Shown here: in pieces, positions 12,083 to 24,548 of the stretch
Numbering within the stretch: position 1 is the stretch's first letter
Layout of the letters: each line of letters opens with the position of its first letter
From: Mobula hypostoma
Taxonomy: Eukaryota
Direction of reading: 5' to 3'
Assembly: GCF_963921235.1 (NCBI RefSeq)
Contig: NC_086097.1
Coordinates: 90,088,001-90,152,000 of the forward strand
Length of the DNA: 64,000 nt
Program-made: the position numbers and the translations under genes
The notes under the pieces: model-generated
The model's input: only the letters and a program-made list of their open reading frames with translations
Told to the model about the DNA's origin: nothing
Databases searched by the model: none

Positions 12083-12589
12083 TCCACTAGCTCCACTATA
12101 TATCCACTAGCTTCAGTGTTTCTCTGGTGACTTTGCTCATGTTACAACAATTAGTATAAAATCTTCTCCAAATTTAAGTGTGCATCTAGCATATTGACTG
12201 ACCATTCTATCCATTGTAACATTAAAACAGAAAATGGTGGAAAAAGCTTAGCAAGTCAGAAACACACGAAATTGTGCAGATTCTGGAAATCTTTAACACA
12301 CTCACACTGCCGGAGGAGCTCAGCAAATCAGACAGCATCTATGGAGGACAATTCTTAATATCAAAGTAAACTTTATTCATAATAAAATATATTTACAAGA
12401 ATAAACTGTGAAATGCCTTTTCATTCTTTCATTCATTGTCAATGCATTAAGTAGTGTTTTATTACATTCCTTAGAACTAATAGGACTGTTGTCATTCTGT
12501 GGCCCCCCAGGGGAGATGCACTACTACAATAATTGAGGTGCTTCCTCGCCCAACCCAGCCCCTCCCTGTCCAGAAGTGGAAGAGGTAAG

Positions 12590-12908
12590 GGCTGAGCATC
12601 GACTTCTCTAACTTCCAATAATTTCTTGCCCTCCTCCTTCTCTCCTTTTCTATTCTGGCTCCCCTATCATCCCCAACTTTTCACTTGCCCAACACCTCCC
12701 TCTAGAGCCCCTCCTCCTTCCCTTTCTTCCACGGTCCACTATCCCCTCCTGTCAGATTCCTTCTTCCTCCCCCCACTTTCTTATTCTGGCTTCTTCCCCT
12801 TTCCACTGCACTCCTGATGAAGTCTCGGCCCGAAACAACGTTTGTTTATTCCCTTGCATCGATTCCGCCAGACTTGCTGAGTTCCTCCAGAATTTTGTGT
12901 GTGTTGCT
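12590..12908 (+). mobile_element. PLE 3' fragment with decayed hammerhead
   Basis: CCTGATGAAGTCTCGGCCCGAAAC then GCTGAGTTCCTCCAG..TTTTGTGTGTGTTGC. Confidence 0.8.
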
Positions 12909-13316
12909 TAGCGAGTCAGGAAGCATATGTAGAAGCAAAAGCAGAGAATACTACCAGACCTACGTAATTTTTCCATGCTCTGTTTTAATATTACGTTCGC
13001 TCAGTTTTCTACCAGTGTAGGGTAAGGCCTGTTGTGCGTTACACAAACTAAAATGCTCACTGTGCTGGTAAATGCCGTTATTAAGTATGTTGGCTGACTG
13101 GATAGCAGACATTTCTTTTGTTTGACGTATTCCCCACCTGTTGTAAACTGACTATCTCCAATCTCACAATCTCTCCCAGTTCTAAAGAAAGGTTACAGGA
13201 ATGAAATGTAAACCGATTTTCTTCTGCAGGTGCTGCCTAAACTGCTGAACTTTTCCAGCATTTTCTGTTTTTACTTTATTTCAGATTTAACAGGAGCTGA
13301 AGTTTTCATTGGCGAA

Positions 13317-13850
13317 TTGGTGGAGTTTGTTGCCACAGCGCGGCTGTGGAGGCCAAGTCACTGAGAATGTTGAAGGCAGAAGTTGGGGCATGAAGGGTTA
13401 CGGCAGGGCAAAAAGCATTATCAGGGATGCATCTCATTCTAACCATGGACTTTTTACTCTCCTCCCATCCGGTAAGCACTACAGGAGCCTCCACTTCCGC
13501 ACCAGCAGGCACAGGAAGAGCTTCTTCCCTGAGGCTGTGACCCTGCTGAACCTCACATCACAGAGCTAAGCAGTATTGCACCCATATTGTACTGTCTCAG
13601 TACTTTTATATTTGTGTGCTGTAGCACTTTTTTATTCGCAGTTGTTTTGTAAATAACACTATTCTTTGCATTTCTGGTCAGATGCTAACTGCATTTCATT
13701 GGCTTTGTATCTGTACTCGGCACAATGACAATAAAGTTGAATCTAATCTAATCTAATTTGGGCTGAGAGGGAAATGGATCGATCATGATAGAATTGCAGA
13801 GCATTCTTGACAGAGCAAATGGCCTAATTCTGCTCCTATGCCTAGTGGTC
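13317..13850 (+). mobile_element. CR1 3' end interrupted by a Rex1-like 3' fragment (about 13400-13756)
   Basis: GCTGTGGAGGCCAAGTCA and AAATGGCCTAATTCTGCTCC CR1 motifs flank RAKSIIRDASHSNHGLFTLLPSG with (TCTAA)n tail; insert nearly matches 53960-54325. Confidence 0.8.
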
Positions 13851-14406
13851 TTTTTGTCATTATCTCCTATATACCTTGCCAAATTCATGCGCTAATTAGT
13901 CTTAGTAACCAGCCTCAGCACAGCTATAAATACTAACCCTTTCTGGTTCAGCCTCTAGCTGTGAAACCCAGAATTCCCTTAGTTTTCTAAATCATCTTCT
14001 CCACTTGTCAAAGACAATTTTTATATATAGTCTCTGCAGGACTGTTGGATCTCACCGTTTCTAGGTTTTCTCCATTTAGAACATATAATCTACATCAAGA
14101 ACAATTTGACACCTTTCAGGTCTGCCTACAATGAAATCCACTGCCACGTTTTTTGGTCTGTGTAAAGTGTTGTTAATGTGCTGGAACCTGCCAGCAGGCC
14201 TTATCCAACACTGAGCTAACACAACATAAAAACAGAAAACAGTAAAACTAAGTAGGTCAAGCAACATTCACCACTTCTTTTTTGACAGATACTGCCTGAC
14301 CTGCTTAGCTTTTCCATAATTTTTTTTTATTTTCTGTTTTCATGTAATATTGGCTCAGTTTTGGTCAGGCAACATTCACTGTATGTTATATCTTTGTAAA
14401 CTAACA

Positions 14407-14530
14407 TAAACACAAAAGTTTCTGCAGATGCTGGAAATCCAGAGCAAAACACAAAATGCTGGAAGAACTCAACAAGTCAGGCAGCATCTATGGACGTTGA
14501 TGTTTCAGGCCGAGACCCTTCTTCAGGACT
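14407..14530 (-). mobile_element. Short PLE end with hammerhead motif
   Basis: Reverse complement AGTCCTGAAGAAGGGTCTCGGCCTGAAACATC. Confidence 0.8.
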
Positions 14531-14717
14531 TCATCATGATCAGGTAACATAACATATTCATTTACACTGTCTACATTTTGCTTACATTCCCCTGTGAGAA
14601 ACTTAATTGAGTGCCTTCTGAACATCTGCATACATAATATCCAAACAGGTTACTGAGTAAAGGTCAACAAAATGAAACAACAGCAGATTCTACAGGTGCT
14701 GGAAATCCATAGCAGCA

Positions 14718-14915
14718 TGCCTGAAGCTGTGGAGGCCAAGTCATTGAGTATATTTAAAGCGGAGGTTGATGGGTTCTTAGTTGGTCAGGGCATCAAAGGT
14801 AACAGGCAGAAGGCAGGAGAATGAGATTGGGAGGGATAGTAAATCAGCCATGATAGAATGGCAGAGCAAACTTGATGGGCCAAGTGGCCTAATTCTGCTC
14901 CTATACCTTGTGGCC
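14718..14915 (+). mobile_element. CR1 3' end
   Basis: Matches 24045-24240. Confidence 0.8.
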
Positions 14916-15967
14916 ATATTAGCTATTCTCTAGACCTCTAGCAACTCACCTGTAAAGACGTTTTAGATACTGTAGCTCTGCAGCCCCTCTAGAATCTCTG
15001 CACTAGCTTCCAACATGGCTCAAGGGGACACCTTGTCAGGCCATGGGGATTTACTCACCCTAAGTCACCTCAAGCCAGCAACACCTCCTCTTCCGTAATC
15101 CGGATACAGTCCATGGTCTCACTACTCCATCCATGATTTGTCTTGTCATCCTTTTTTTTGTTCCTCGTATTTCTTCCAACTAGGGACGTGACAATTTGTA
15201 GAATTTTATTTGTCATTTAATGTTATGCTGCTCGATGCCTTCTTTGGTTATCCACGGCATTTTTTCTGACATGTAAGGATCTCTTTACTCAAGGAAGTGA
15301 ATTGGTTGTCATCAAACTAATTATTTTCTGAGCACCTCCCACTGATCTATTGCCCTTTTGCCCAATAATAGACTTGAATTAATTTACCATGGATAGCATC
15401 CACCTCATTGCAAGGAAGTCGACATACCTACATTTGGAATAGTAGTACTTGTTCAATACTTATCCCTTCCAAACTTGCAATAAACCTGCCCATACAATCT
15501 TGTTGCTAAAAGGTTAAATTTGGCTCATAGTTAATACTTAAGTGTAAAATACATTAATCCCATTGTTAGTTCTGAAAAACAGCCTCAAAAAGTTCACAGC
15601 TGTTCAGGCATAAACCAGTTTGCTGGATGAATATGCAAATTAAATATCTGTATTCATACTACTCTGCCTTTGCCACACGATTATCTGTATTTCTGCACTG
15701 TAACACTTTATAGCAGCTACTTCACAGACCTCTTCAGTCTTAAATCCTTTATTGCTATCAATTATATGTCTCCTGTGCCTTTCTCTTTCTTATTAGGTCC
15801 TTACTAATCATGAGGTGACTTAATCCTGTACTACAATTCTTCCCTAATACAATTTTCCCTTCTATTCCTGTCGCTCATGTACCAACACCCCTCCCCTCCC
15901 CCTCAGTTTTGATTGGCTGGCAAACTTGTCTGAGAAATATCTATGACGCCGTCGTAGTGCTATCACT

Positions 15968-16795
15968 CGCATCAAGTAGGATGTTCTCCTAAGGGGTTGC
16001 CTATTGGTGGGTCCTCAGAGCAGAGGATCCGGGATCCACCTATTGTGGTGCGGTGTGGACACAGCGGTGGCTGTCACTAGTGGTTGGGTCATTTGGCTGT
16101 TCAGTCCCTCCCTCCGCAGTTGTCGCTTGTTTTCTGTGGCATAGCAAAGGTCACTCTCATGTAGCGCAGAATAGATTTCCTCCAGGAGCATTAATGTCTT
16201 TCCGGTCTTTAGATGTAATGTTGAATTTCTTCATGCTGATTGAGATGTTATCTTGGAAGCATTTCTTTCGCTCACGGGGGGGGGCGGGGCTCACTGACCT
16301 TCCTTCAACTGGGAGTAAAGAATCTGTTTGGGGAGACATGAGTTGGACATCCAGATGAATTGACCCACCCACTGGAGTTGCCGTTGCTTTATCATGGTGG
16401 AGATGCTGTTCATGTTGGCCACTGGTGTTAGTGTGTTTGTCCTTCCAGACGATCCTCAAGATCTTTTGTAGCACTCTTTGGCAGGATTTCAGGGCTTTCA
16501 GGTGTCTGCTGTAGGTGGTCCATGATTCAGGTCCATAGGAAGGACAGCTATCCTATAGACCATGCTTGGACTTCTAGGTTGCAGTCTTCAAATACTCTTT
16601 TTGGTAATCTTGCATAGGCTTCACTCGCATTACTCAAGCGGAGGGTGATTTCGGAGTTGACGTCAATGACAGGTACTGAGACTACGGCATAATGGCATGT
16701 CAGCCACAGTACTCAGCCATACAGGGGTTGAATCAGAACCCTTCACTGTCAAGGCAGGAGTTAAACACGGCTGTATCATTGTGCCTGCCCTATTT
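15968..16795 (-). mobile_element. RTE LINE fragment with inverted 5' segment
   Basis: Minus: LQKILRIVWKDK, RERKKCFQDNI; plus 16670-16795: HNGMSATV..SEPFTVKAGVKHGCIIVPALF. Confidence 0.8.
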
Positions 16796-17182
16796 GTCTA
16801 TATAATGTTTTCCCTTGAAGTTGAATTTGTGCATACATCTCAATCAGTATTTTCTTTACACTGAATACATTTGTATAATTAATCCTTACACTCCATTATG
16901 TCCTTTCATTTTATAGTTTCACTGGTAATTTTCTTGTTTCCTTCCTGGTTCCAATAACTCATTTGATAGAAACAACACCCTCTGGCAGTTGCTGGTCCTA
17001 TCACACTGCAAAAGGGTGTGTCCCTTTAAGCATACCAATTTGTCAGAAGCAGCTGTAAATTGATTGTGGCCCCTTCAGGAACCACATAGGTCTCATTTTC
17101 CTTTTTGGCTGCACTGAGGCCAAATGCAACAATGCCTGCTGAAAACAGGTGCAATCTAGTTTCAGCAGCTGAAGAACGAACT

Positions 17183-17433
17183 TTATTTATTTATTGAGAA
17201 ACATCGCAGGACAGGCCCATCGAGCCACACCACCCAGCGACCCCCGAATTAACGCTAACCTAATCACAGGGCAATTTACAATGACCAGTTAACCTACTAC
17301 CTGGTACATCTTTGGACTGTGGGAGGAAATTCACGCAGTCATGGGAAGAACATACCGTCCTTACGGACAGTGGGAAATGAACCTGGGTCACTGGTACTGT
17401 AAAACGTTGTGCTCACCATTACATTACCGTGCC
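17183..17433 (-). mobile_element. V-SINE
   Basis: CATCTTTGGACTGTGGGAGGAAA V-domain reverse complement, (TTTA)n tail. Confidence 0.8.
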
Positions 17434-17566
17434 ATGTGATCATTGGTTTTAGAAGTGTTGTTACTATTGCCATTTTCCTCAGGACCACTCTTCACTTATA
17501 TAAAATCATCAATCCCCAGATTCATTCTTTCCATTAGGAAACTAGTTCCAGTCAGGCTGAGGAGAA

Positions 17567-19120
17567 AGGTTCAAAGGTTGAATTTAATGTCAGAAAAATG
17601 TATACAATATACATCCTGAAATGCTTTTTCTTCACAAACATCCACAAAAACAGGGAAGTGCCCCAAAGAATGAATGGCAGTTTAACGTGAGAACCCCAAA
17701 GTCCCCCCACAGACCCCACGCGCGTAAGCAGCAGCAAGCAACAATCCCCCCTCCCCCCACCAGCAAAAAAAAGGTGCATCGGTACCGTCACCGAGCCCAA
17801 GCGTGTGCTACGCAATAGCAAAGACACAGACCAAAGTTACCCCAAAGGCTTCTCATTTCATCCGACATTCGACAAACCGCAGCAAGCAGGAGGCATAACA
17901 ACAACCCGCTGGTTTACATAGTAGTCGTAGTCATACTTTATTGATCCCGGGGGAAATTGGTTTTCGTTACAGTTGCACCATAAATAATTAAATAGCAATA
18001 AAACCATAAATAGTTAAATAGTAACATGTAAATTGTGCCAGGAAATAAGTCCAGGACCAGCCTATTGGCTCAGGATGTCTGACCCTCCAAGGGAGGAGTT
18101 GTAAAGTTTGATGGCCACAGGCAGGAATGACTTCCTATGACGCTCTGTGCTGCATCTCAGTGGAATGAGTCTCTGGCTGAATGTACTCCTGTGCCCAACC
18201 AGTACATTATGTAGTGGATGGGAGACATTGTCCAAGATGGCATGCAACTTAGACAGCATCCTCTTTTCAGACACCACTGTCAGAGAGTCCAGTTCCATCC
18301 CCACAACATCACTGGCCTTACAAATGAGTTTGTTGATTCTGTTGGTGTCTGTTACCCTCAGCCTGCTGCCCCAGCACACAACAGCAAACATGATAGCACT
18401 GGCCACCACAGACTCGTAGAACATCCTCAGCATCATCCGGCAGATGTTAAAGGCCCTCAGTCTCCTCAGGAAATAGAGACGGCTCTGACCCTTCTTGTAG
18501 ACAGCCTCAGTGTTCTTTGACCAGTCCAGTTTATTGTCAATTAGTATCCCCAGGTATTTGTAATCCTCCACCATGTCCACACTGACCCCCTGGATGGAAA
18601 CAGGGGTCACCGGTACCTTAGCTCTCCTCAGGTCTACCACCAGCTCCTTAGTCTTTTTCACATTAAGCTGCAGGTAATTCTGCTCACACCATGTGACAAA
18701 GTCCGACGTTTAAAGTCCGTCTTGTCGTTTTTTACGAGCTCTGTGTCCTAAGATCACAAAGAGCTCAGGTCTTCGGGCCCACAGCGAAAGATTTTCCAGC
18801 CTCACTGACGACACATGAGTCTCCTGCCGTGACACCGACCCTCCATCCGCCCATCTCCAGAGCCCTAAGATATTAGGCTTCCAAACACGATCAAGACTCT
18901 CAGGTCAAACCCTTGGCATGTCAAATAACAGCCAGTCGTGGAACCCCGAGAATGGGTTCCATTCCCGCAAAGAACCAAAGCCGGCGTGTAACTCCAGGTC
19001 AGGGTCTGCAAAAGAACCCTGAAGGGGAAAAATAATGATATTAAAGGTGGAAATAAATCTGTTTCCGAAGATGCAAGCAAAGGAGTTGCCATTAGGCCCC
19101 ATCATCCCTCCTAAGCTCCG
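17567..19120 (-). mobile_element. Non-coding LINE-derived element with (TTGAACCT)n tail, interrupted by Rex1
   Basis: Tail AAGGTTCAAAGGTTGAATTTAATG; GC-rich body on both sides of the insert. Confidence 0.55.
17919..18704 (-). mobile_element. Rex1/Babar-like LINE, 5'-truncated
   Basis: ORF 18062..18661 KTKELVVDLRR..YKYLG..LDWSKNT..KKGQSRLYFLRRLR; (GACTAC)n tail. Confidence 0.92.
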
Positions 19121-19827
19121 TCTTCACAATTTAATAATTCTTCATGTTCCTTTCATTCCACTTCATGAAATCTATTGGAATACAGGTTGAGTAAACATGA
19201 AGAATTTGCTAAAGCAATGCAGACACCACTAAACCCTTTATCAAAGACCTGATTGCTTGGCAAAGTTTAATCAGCTTTGTGCTGACCTGAGGCTGCTATC
19301 TGCAACTAATGGGCCCCTGGATCAGCTGCAGCGATGACTGGCTTTGTGGCCGTGGCTCACTTCTGTGAACTTCAGTTCTGAACGGTATTTGTTTACTTTT
19401 ATTGTTTGCACAATTTGTTTTTTTCTGCACATTGGGAGTTTGACAGCCTTTTTAAAAATGGGTTCTATTGGGTTTCTTTGTTTTGTGGCTGCCTGTAAGG
19501 AGATAAATCTCAAGGTTGTATACAGTATACATTGATAATAAATATACTTTGAACTTTGATTCAACATAACGATTGCCATCTGTGGAGATCTTTGGTGACT
19601 CAGGGTTTGAGTCATTCTCATCAGATTAAAAGTAATGCTAGGGTAAATATAGTGTCCGTTTGATGATCTCTGGAAGTGTCAGGGTGTTTTATGACCACAA
19701 ATCTAAAAGGGGTGAAAGGTTAGCAGGTAGGTGGGAATGTTGGCCTGAGGTTACAATCAAGTCACCTTTGATCCTATTGAGCAAATTGAAGAGTCTAAGC
19801 GGCCTCCTCCTGCTCTGTGTGTTCAAT

Positions 19828-20405
19828 CACAAATAAGAGAAAATCTGCAGATGCTGGAAATTCAAGCAACACACACAATATGCTGGAAGAACTCAGCAGG
19901 CCAGGCAGCATCAGTGGAAAAGAATAAACAGTCGATGTTTCAGGCCGAGACCCTGCATCAGGGCTGGAAAATAGATGAGGAGTTAGAGTAAGAAAGTGGC
20001 GGGGGGAGGGAGAGGGGAGGAAGAACCACAATGTGATAGGTGAAACCTGGGGGGGGCGGTGGAATTGGTGAAGTAACGAGCTGGGAAGTTAATTACTGAA
20101 AGAGATACAGGCCTGGAAAAGGGGGAATCTGACAGAAGAGGACAGAAGGCCATGGGAGACAGAAAAGAGAGAGGAGCACCAGAGGGAGGTGATGGGCAGG
20201 TAAGGATATAAGGTGAGAGAGGTGAGAAACCCTCCCGGTTTCCCCTATCAATTTGTGGTTCTTCCTCCCCTCCTCCCACTTTCTTACTCTGACTCCTCAT
20301 CTTTTTCTCCAATACTGAAGAAGGGTCTTGGGCCGAAAGGTCAACTGTGCTCTTTTCCATAAATGCTGACTGGCCTGCTGAGTTCCTCCAGCATTTTGTG
20401 TGTTT
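19828..20405. mobile_element. Inverted pair of PLE ends, each with a hammerhead motif
   Basis: 19855-20047 is the reverse complement of about 20237-20405; motifs at 19929-19966 (-) and 20310-20347 (+). Confidence 0.85.
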
Positions 20406-21423
20406 AATAGTTTTGAAATGTAGGCATTGTGGTGTGGATATCATGGTAACCAAGTCCCACACAAAGCAATGGAATAAGGGATCCTCTCTCTTCTCACTGC
20501 TGATTGAGAGCTAATTATTAACCAGGTCACCAGTCTTAAAACAGGAAGGAAAAATTGGAAAAGGTTCAAACGTGACTCTACAGGAAATGCCATTGCTGAT
20601 AATGCACATCCAGCCTCAAAACAACCTTATGAAAGATGTCATCCTCAGGAGTGGAACCTGATGTCATCTGTTTATTTGTTGCTGTTTGAAAGATGAGCTC
20701 TTCAAGACAATCCTTTAGCTATTAAACACTTGGTTGGAACTCCATTAAGATACAGGTGTGGTAACCCGATCACAAGCTCCTGCAGGTGTACCGCAGTGAA
20801 TTTGAACAGTAAGAATCTCTTGTTAGGTATGAATGAAGTGTGTGGTGGAGAGCTACAAATGGAATCGCCTTCTCCCTGAGGAATCTTCGGCTCACGCCAT
20901 GTTGCTCACATGTGGTGACCTCATGCTGAAGGTATGGGACATGGAGCTGAATAATGTTAAAGAACAGCGGGGAAGTGGGAAAGAATGTTGCTGGTGAACA
21001 TAAACGGTGACATCACTATCAGTCTGCACTGAACAACCTGAAAGGATTAACAGAGCTAAGCTAGCGACAACAGATAACATGGGGCTATAAGAGCAAACTG
21101 AAATGCAGGAAACATACCAATTCAGCAGTGACTGATTGACTGCATTCCCTCAGAGAGCCAGATCTGGCTCAAGTTGATCAGATGAGCTAGCTCTAGGTTT
21201 CAACTGAATAAAATGTAACGTCTGACCCTGATATACTGCAGGATGTCAGCATGCTTGGTTTGGAGTTAAGTGATGCCAAAGTTTCTCCGTGTAAATTCCC
21301 AAATTGGCAACAGTAAAACTAAAAGTATGAATTCAGCAATGTCAGAATTGAAAAATAACAGTTTGAGAATTATAAAGTACTGTTCATACTTCCGAACATC
21401 CCAAAGCACCTTTCAGTGATTAT

Positions 21424-21668
21424 GTTTTATTTTTAGAGATGCACGTTAACAAACCCTTCCAGCGCAACGCGCCCGTCCTGCCCAATTACACCCAGGTGGC
21501 CGACTAACCTCCTAACTGGAATGCCTTTGGAATCTGGGAGGAAACTGGAGCACCCAGAGGGAATTTAGGTGCTCACGAGGAGAATGCACAAACTCCTTGT
21601 AGACAGTGGCAGAATTGAACCCAGGTCGCTGAGCTGTAATCACATTATGCTAACTGCTACACTACCAC
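21424..21668 (-). mobile_element. V-SINE
   Basis: GGGAGGAAACTGGAGCACCCAGAGGGA V-domain; tRNA-like head near 21605-21668. Confidence 0.8.
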
Positions 21669-21677
21669 TATTTTCTG

Positions 21678-22338
21678 AAACATGGAACATTACAGCACAG
21701 TAGAGGCCCTTCGCCCCACAATGATGTGCTGACATTTTAACCTACTCTTAGATCAACCAAACCCTTCCCTCCCACATAGCCCTCTATTTTCCTGTCATCC
21801 CTTGCTTATTAAAGAGTTTTTTAAATGCCCATAATGTATCTGCCTCTACCACCACCCCTAGCAGCACATTCTATTCACTCTCTGTGTAAAAAAATTACCT
21901 CTGACCATCATCCTGATACTTCCCTCCAATCACCTTAAAATAATGACCTCCCCCCACTGTATTATCCATTTTTGTCTTGGGAAAAAGTCTCTGGCTAACC
22001 ATTTGATCTATGCCTCTTATCATCTTGTACACCTCTATCAAATCACCTCTAATCCTCCTTCATTCCAGAGAGAAAAGCCTTAGCTCGCTCAGTCTATCCT
22101 CATAAGTCATGTTCCCTGATCCAAGCAGCATCCTGGTAAATCTCGTCTGCACCCCCTCTAAAGCTTCTACATCTTTCCTATAATGAGGTGACCAGAACTG
22201 ATCACAATATTCCAAGTGTAGTCTAACCATGATTTTATAGACCTGCAATATTACCTTGCTGCTCTTGAATTCAGTGCCCTGTCTAATGAAAGCCTATACG
22301 CCATATGCCTTCTTAAAAACCTGTCAACTTTTGCAGTA
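21678..22338 (-). mobile_element. CR1 LINE 3' fragment
   Basis: VRLHLEYCDQFWSPHYRKDVEALEGVQTRFTRML. Confidence 0.9.
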
Positions 22339-23274
22339 ACAAAGGCATTGTTTGAGTATAATAAATATCAGTGCTAAATTGTGGACTGCGGGATTTTTGA
22401 ACGGTATCATAATGACTAGAAGAATATTAGCCAGTGACCAAAATATTGACCAAAGCACCTTTGGTCTTCATTAAGTCATTGCCATGTATTTGCCAATTCC
22501 AGTAAGATGGCACCCCATTTGGTCACAGCAGCTGCTTCAACTTCAACAAATGGTGCAAATGTTTGTCTTAAGCATTTTGCTTGTGATGGCAAGCCCCTGT
22601 TGGATATTTGTAATACAAGATACGGCAAGTCTAGTTCATTGGCGAGTCCTGGCAGGGAGCTGGGTGGCCTCGGTTGTTGCATGGACCAGGTCCTCATGCT
22701 GCTACATCCACCCAGGGAAGGAGGCAGTAGAGGTGCTGTGGGTGTGCTGGAATCCGCACTGGGTTGGGGGCTGACCCCTGCGGGCAGTTTCCAAATCGGG
22801 GCTGCTCTCCAGAGTTCACTCCCTGACAGACAAGCTGAATTGCCTTCACCTGCGGCTGACCCAGTGCAAGACAAGCCGATTTGCTTTTGTTTGTGGCTGA
22901 CCCAGCATGAGATGTGAAACTACTGTGTACTTGTTCTTGCAGAAACGTGGCTCCAGGACAAAATCCCATGCAACATCAATCTTCAGGTTTTGCCATTCGG
23001 GGACTTATACAAATATTGTTTTGTGTCTGTATGTGCAATTGTAGCTATATGTGCTGTGCGCTGGGTGTGACTGCACGTACTGTGCTTTGCACCCTTGCTC
23101 TGGAGGAATACTGTTTCATTTACATGTGTATGGTTGAATGACAATTAAACTTGAACTTGAACTTTTTTCATCCACCAGAGAGGGCAGACAGAAGCTCAGT
23201 CCAACTGAAGGGCAACGTTTCCAACAATGGAGAGATCCTTCAGTGTGGCACTGGGAGTGTCAGTCTGGATTAGA

Positions 23275-23570
23275 GTCATAGAGTACCATAGCACAGAAAC
23301 AGGCTCTTTGGCCCATCTAGTCCATGCCAACCTGGTCTTCTGAATAGTCCCATCTCCCTGGACCTGGACCATAGCCCTCTATTACTCTCTTATCCAAATC
23401 TCTCTCAATTGAATCCGCATTCACCACTGCTTGTTCCATATTTGCACACCCTCTGAGTGAAGAAGTTTCCACTCAGATTCCCCTTAACTGTTTCACTTCT
23501 CATCGTAAACCTATGACCTCCAGCTCTAATCTCTAGTGTCCTGAGGAGAAAAAGACTGCATGTATTCAGT
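23275..23570 (-). mobile_element. Degraded CR1 3' end
   Basis: AGCACAGAAACAGGC.CTTTGGCCC tail motif; ACCCTCTGAGTGAAGAAG. Confidence 0.65.
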
Positions 23571-23859
23571 CAGCTACCCACAAAGTTTGTTTGCAGATGA
23601 TAGCATCTTCATTTGTTTCCTTAGAGCAAAGAGCCGGTAATTGACTTGCCAGTGTGCAATAGGCTCTAACGTCAACAAGTAAAATTCTGCCTCCACTTCC
23701 TTCATCAAGAAATAAACAACTACTTATGCCCTGGGATTCTAGTTTCCCTGCGAGTCCATAGACACAGAGGAACTATGGACTCTCATTGGAAACACATTTC
23801 AAGGTGGAGCCTGGTTCAATCACTAATAGCAAAGTTGAGAATATATTATCAGCTCCATA

Positions 23860-24240
23860 AGGGGGGACTTCATTGAAATCTATCAAATGTTGAAAGCCCT
23901 TGATAGAGTGGATGTGGAGAGGATGTTTCCTGTGGTGGGGGAATCTAAGACCAGAGGACACAGCCTCATGATAGAGAGACATCAATTTAGAACAGAGATA
24001 AGGAGGGATTTTTTTAGCCAGAGGGTGGTGAACCTGTTGTCACAGGTGGCTGTGGAGGCCAAGTCATTGGGTATATTTGAGGCAGAGCTGATAGATGCTT
24101 GATTAATCAGGGCATGAAGGGATACGGGAAGAAGACAGGAGATTGGGGCTGAGAAGGAAAATTGATCAGCTTTGATGAAACGACAGAGAAGACTCGATGG
24201 ACCAAATGGCCTAATTCTGCTCCTATATCTTATGGTCTAT
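23860..24240 (+). mobile_element. CR1 3' fragment
   Basis: LDRVDVERMFPVVGESKTRGHSL..FFSQRVVN; TATGGTCT tail. Confidence 0.9.
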
Positions 24241-24548
24241 ATATAGGCATCCGTTAGTCTCGTGAGACCATGGATTTGCGCCTTGGAAAATTTCCAGGGC
24301 GCAGACCTGGGCAAGGTTGTATGGAAGACCAGCAGTTGCCCATGCTGCAAGTCTCCCTTCTCCATGCCCCTGATGTTGTCCAAGGGAAGGGCAAGGGCCG
24401 ATACAGCTTGGCACCGCTGTCGTCGCAGAGCAATGTGTGGTTAAGTGCCTTGCTCAAGGATACACACGCTGCCTCAGCCAAGGCTCGAACTAGCGACCTT
24501 CAAATCACCAGACGAATGCCTTAACCACTTGGCCACATGCCAACACAC
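24241..24548 (-). mobile_element. tRNA-headed SINE with CORE-like block
   Basis: A box TGGCCAAGTGG, B box AGTTCGAGCC, TCCTTGAGCAAGGCACTTAACC; TSD TATGGTCTAT 24231-24240 / TATGGTTTAT 24549-24558. Confidence 0.85.

Larger units (their letters stand above)
7310..12150 (+). repeat. Local direct duplication of an approx. 0.4-kb unit (7310-8580 and 10190-12150), each copy split by different TEs
   Basis: Shared TTCTGGAGTTAGGGTATA, GATTAACATTCATTTTGGGTG, GAAGAAGGAGGTGTGAAACTATA, GCATTGTAGATACATTGTAA, TCCACTAGCTTCAGTGT, TGGTGACTTTGCTCA. Confidence 0.9.

Noticed and set aside
12354..12590. Possible Tx1/L1 3' UTR on minus
   Set aside because: Only an AATAAA-type end supports it; no coding evidence
20826..21080. 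Exon-like segment on either strand
   Set aside because: Short ORFs with early stops after candidate acceptors; no recognisable protein
24460..24548. tRNA genes (also 62855-62922)
   Set aside because: tRNA-derived SINE heads with SINE bodies and TSDs; no full cloverleaf or Pol III terminator
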